Origin: Tubulanus polymorphus
Lineage: Eukaryota > Animalia > Nemertea
Direction of reading: 5' to 3'
Length of the DNA stretch: 64,000 nt
Assembly: GCF_964204645.1 (NCBI RefSeq)
Contig: NC_134025.1
Location: 620,001-684,000 of the forward strand
Of this stretch, positions 62,236-64,000 are shown one piece after another. Below the pieces are notes generated by a model. That model had not been told where the DNA came from. It ran no database searches and saw nothing but the letters and a program-made list of their open reading frames with translations. The translations under genes and the position numbers were made by a program. The first letter of the stretch is position 1; every line of letters begins with the position of its first letter.

Positions 62236-62678
62236 TACCTAGGGGGTGTGGTCACATGATGCCTAGGGGGTGCGGTGTCACATTTCTATTGTGCGAGCAC
62301 ATTTATTCTGTAGAAGTATTTTGTATTTAAATGTTATCTTTGATATATTTTCTGGGGTTTAATTGGGAATTTGACAGCTCTGTTTGAATTCCTTGTAAAA
62401 CAGGTTTCATTCGGTCTTATGAACAAATCTTATTGTACATATTTTGTCATGATGGTTTGGAATAATTGTCATCAATGCTGCCCTCTAGTGGGTCCATAGA
62501 GTAACTAATAAATTGTAATCATTTGTTTACATTTATCATTGAACATTTTATTATTTGTATAAAATACAATACATTGTATTGAATATGATTCATTGTACAG
62601 TCAATAAATTATATATTTGTTATTATTGAAGTAGTTTTACGTTAATACACATTTGAGATCATCACTAATCCTGTGAGA

Positions 62679-63431
62679 TTATCGAGATATTTTAATCTTT
62701 TTCTCTGGCGGCATTTTGATACTCGATTGCGATGAAACTTGTGAATTTACGTCATCTTGTTTCTCCGTTTTAATCTCAGTCTTTATTTCTGACTTTGCGG
62801 CCGATTCTTCTAGAAAATAAAATAAACATAATTTCATAGAAGAAATTGATTTGAAACAAATTCTTCGTATAATTTATACATCAGAAACTCTTTACCTTTA
62901 TTTGCTTCTTGATGACCGGGAAATCTCGGAGGATATTTTCTCGCTAAAGCTTCCAAGAGAACATCGACTCTCTGTCTTTGAAATAAAGAACTCGGTTCCT
63001 CTTTCTTCGTCTTCTTTCCTTTATCCTTTTCTTTATCTAAATAGAATATTTACTGTAATAATGTTTTATTCGGAAGTTTTAAAATGGCCGAACTAAAAAA
63101 CGGTGTGAAATATTCGAGGAATTATACGAGCGCTCTGACCACAGAGACAACAGACAAGGAAGCAAATTAGATACCGCGTGAATGTAGTGAATATTTGTTT
63201 ACCAGTTTTATCTTTCTCTTTGAAATCCCACCAGTAAGATTTCGATGGATGATACTGTGAATACGATTGAACTGACAAAAAAAAAGATCGCAGTATTTAA
63301 TTCTATTCACAAACACAGATAGAAATTGTATATCGAATTCTACATATGAATTCATGCTGGTTTTCTAATTCAGTGATATCTGATTCTTTACCTTCATCAA
63401 ATGCAGAATGTAAATGAGCCACTGTATTTAA
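62679..63431 (-). CDS. MED6: Mediator subunit 6, 3' exons (gene starts beyond the window end)
   Basis: Exons 63431-63392, 63271-63203, 63036-62896, 62809-62679 splice to [31 protein letters not shown]...KEEPSSLFQRQRVDVLL..L..KYPP...PPEKKIKISR*, matching the MED6 motifs SAFDE..SY..YHPSKGYWW.FK, EEPSS.FQRQRVD and PPEKR. Confidence 0.9.
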
Positions 63432-63473
63432 CTGTAAATATATAAATACAATAGTAAACTGATACATGATGGC

Positions 63474-63960
63474 AGGGAGAGGCGTGAGGGGAGAGAGGTG
63501 TGAGGGGGAGAGAGGTGTGAGAGGGAGAGAGGTTTTAGGAGAGAGAGGTGTGAGAGGAGAGGTGTGAGAGGGAGAGGTGTGTGAGGGGGAGAGAGGCGTG
63601 AGGGGAGAGAGGTGAGGGGAGAGAGGTGTGAGGAGAAGGGTGTGAGGGGGAGAGAGGTGTGAGGAGAGAGGTGTGAGGAGAGAGAGGTGTGAGGGGAGAG
63701 GTGTGAGGGGGAGAGGTGTGAGGGGGAGAGGTGTGAGGGGGAGAGAGGTGTGAGGAGAGAGAGGTGTGAGGAGAGAGAGGTGTGAGGGGAGAGGTGTGAG
63801 GGGGAGAGGTGTGAGGAGAGAGGTGTGAGGAGAGAGAGGTGTGAGGGGAGAGGTGTGAGGGGGAGAGGTGTGAGGAGAGAGGAGTGAGGGGAGAGAGGTG
63901 TGAGGAGAGAGAGGTGTGAGGGGGAGAGGTGTGAGGGGGAGAGGTGTGAGGGGAGAGAGG
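63474..63960. repeat. GA-rich minisatellite (gaggtgtgaggg(g)aga)n in a MED6 intron
   Basis: Direct periodicity; it explains the spurious ORFs 63303..63971 and 63428..63964. Confidence 0.95.
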
Positions 63961-64000
63961 TCACTGGTCATTACTTACTAATCTTGAGTTAATAACCGAA

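Noticed and set aside
63303-63971. 222-aa and 178-aa Pro/Leu/Ser-rich ORFs
   Set aside because: Read-through of a GA-rich intronic minisatellite; only 63431-63392 is a real MED6 exon.

Overview
Eukaryotic, intron-rich, AT-rich animal DNA. It is most likely a lophotrochozoan invertebrate, inferred from gene content, TTAGGG repeats and TE types. Gene order: SAMD5/SASH1-like exon (-), CTP synthase (-), SINHCAF/FAM60A (+), an IGF-like insulin-family prepropeptide (+), TFIIE-alpha (-), CEP290 (+), cytosolic HSP90 (+), WDR20 (-), YIPF4 (+) and the 3' part of MED6 (-). There are three head-to-head promoters, many MITEs/SINEs and several minisatellites. Most notable: (1) five near-identical box C/D snoRNA-like units, one in each of five consecutive HSP90 introns, whose conserved core appears antisense to two separate conserved sites of 28S rRNA, under an HSE + 5'TOP-like promoter; (2) a minimal Penelope-type hammerhead ribozyme seeding a hairpin tandem repeat in a SINHCAF intron; (3) an inverted copy of a CEP290 exon inserted 2 kb downstream between 39-bp direct repeats; (4) a duplicated splice acceptor that could give two frameshifted E-peptides on the IGF-like peptide. 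All homology calls are from remembered motifs, not database searches. Exon coordinates were read by eye and may be off by a few bases.
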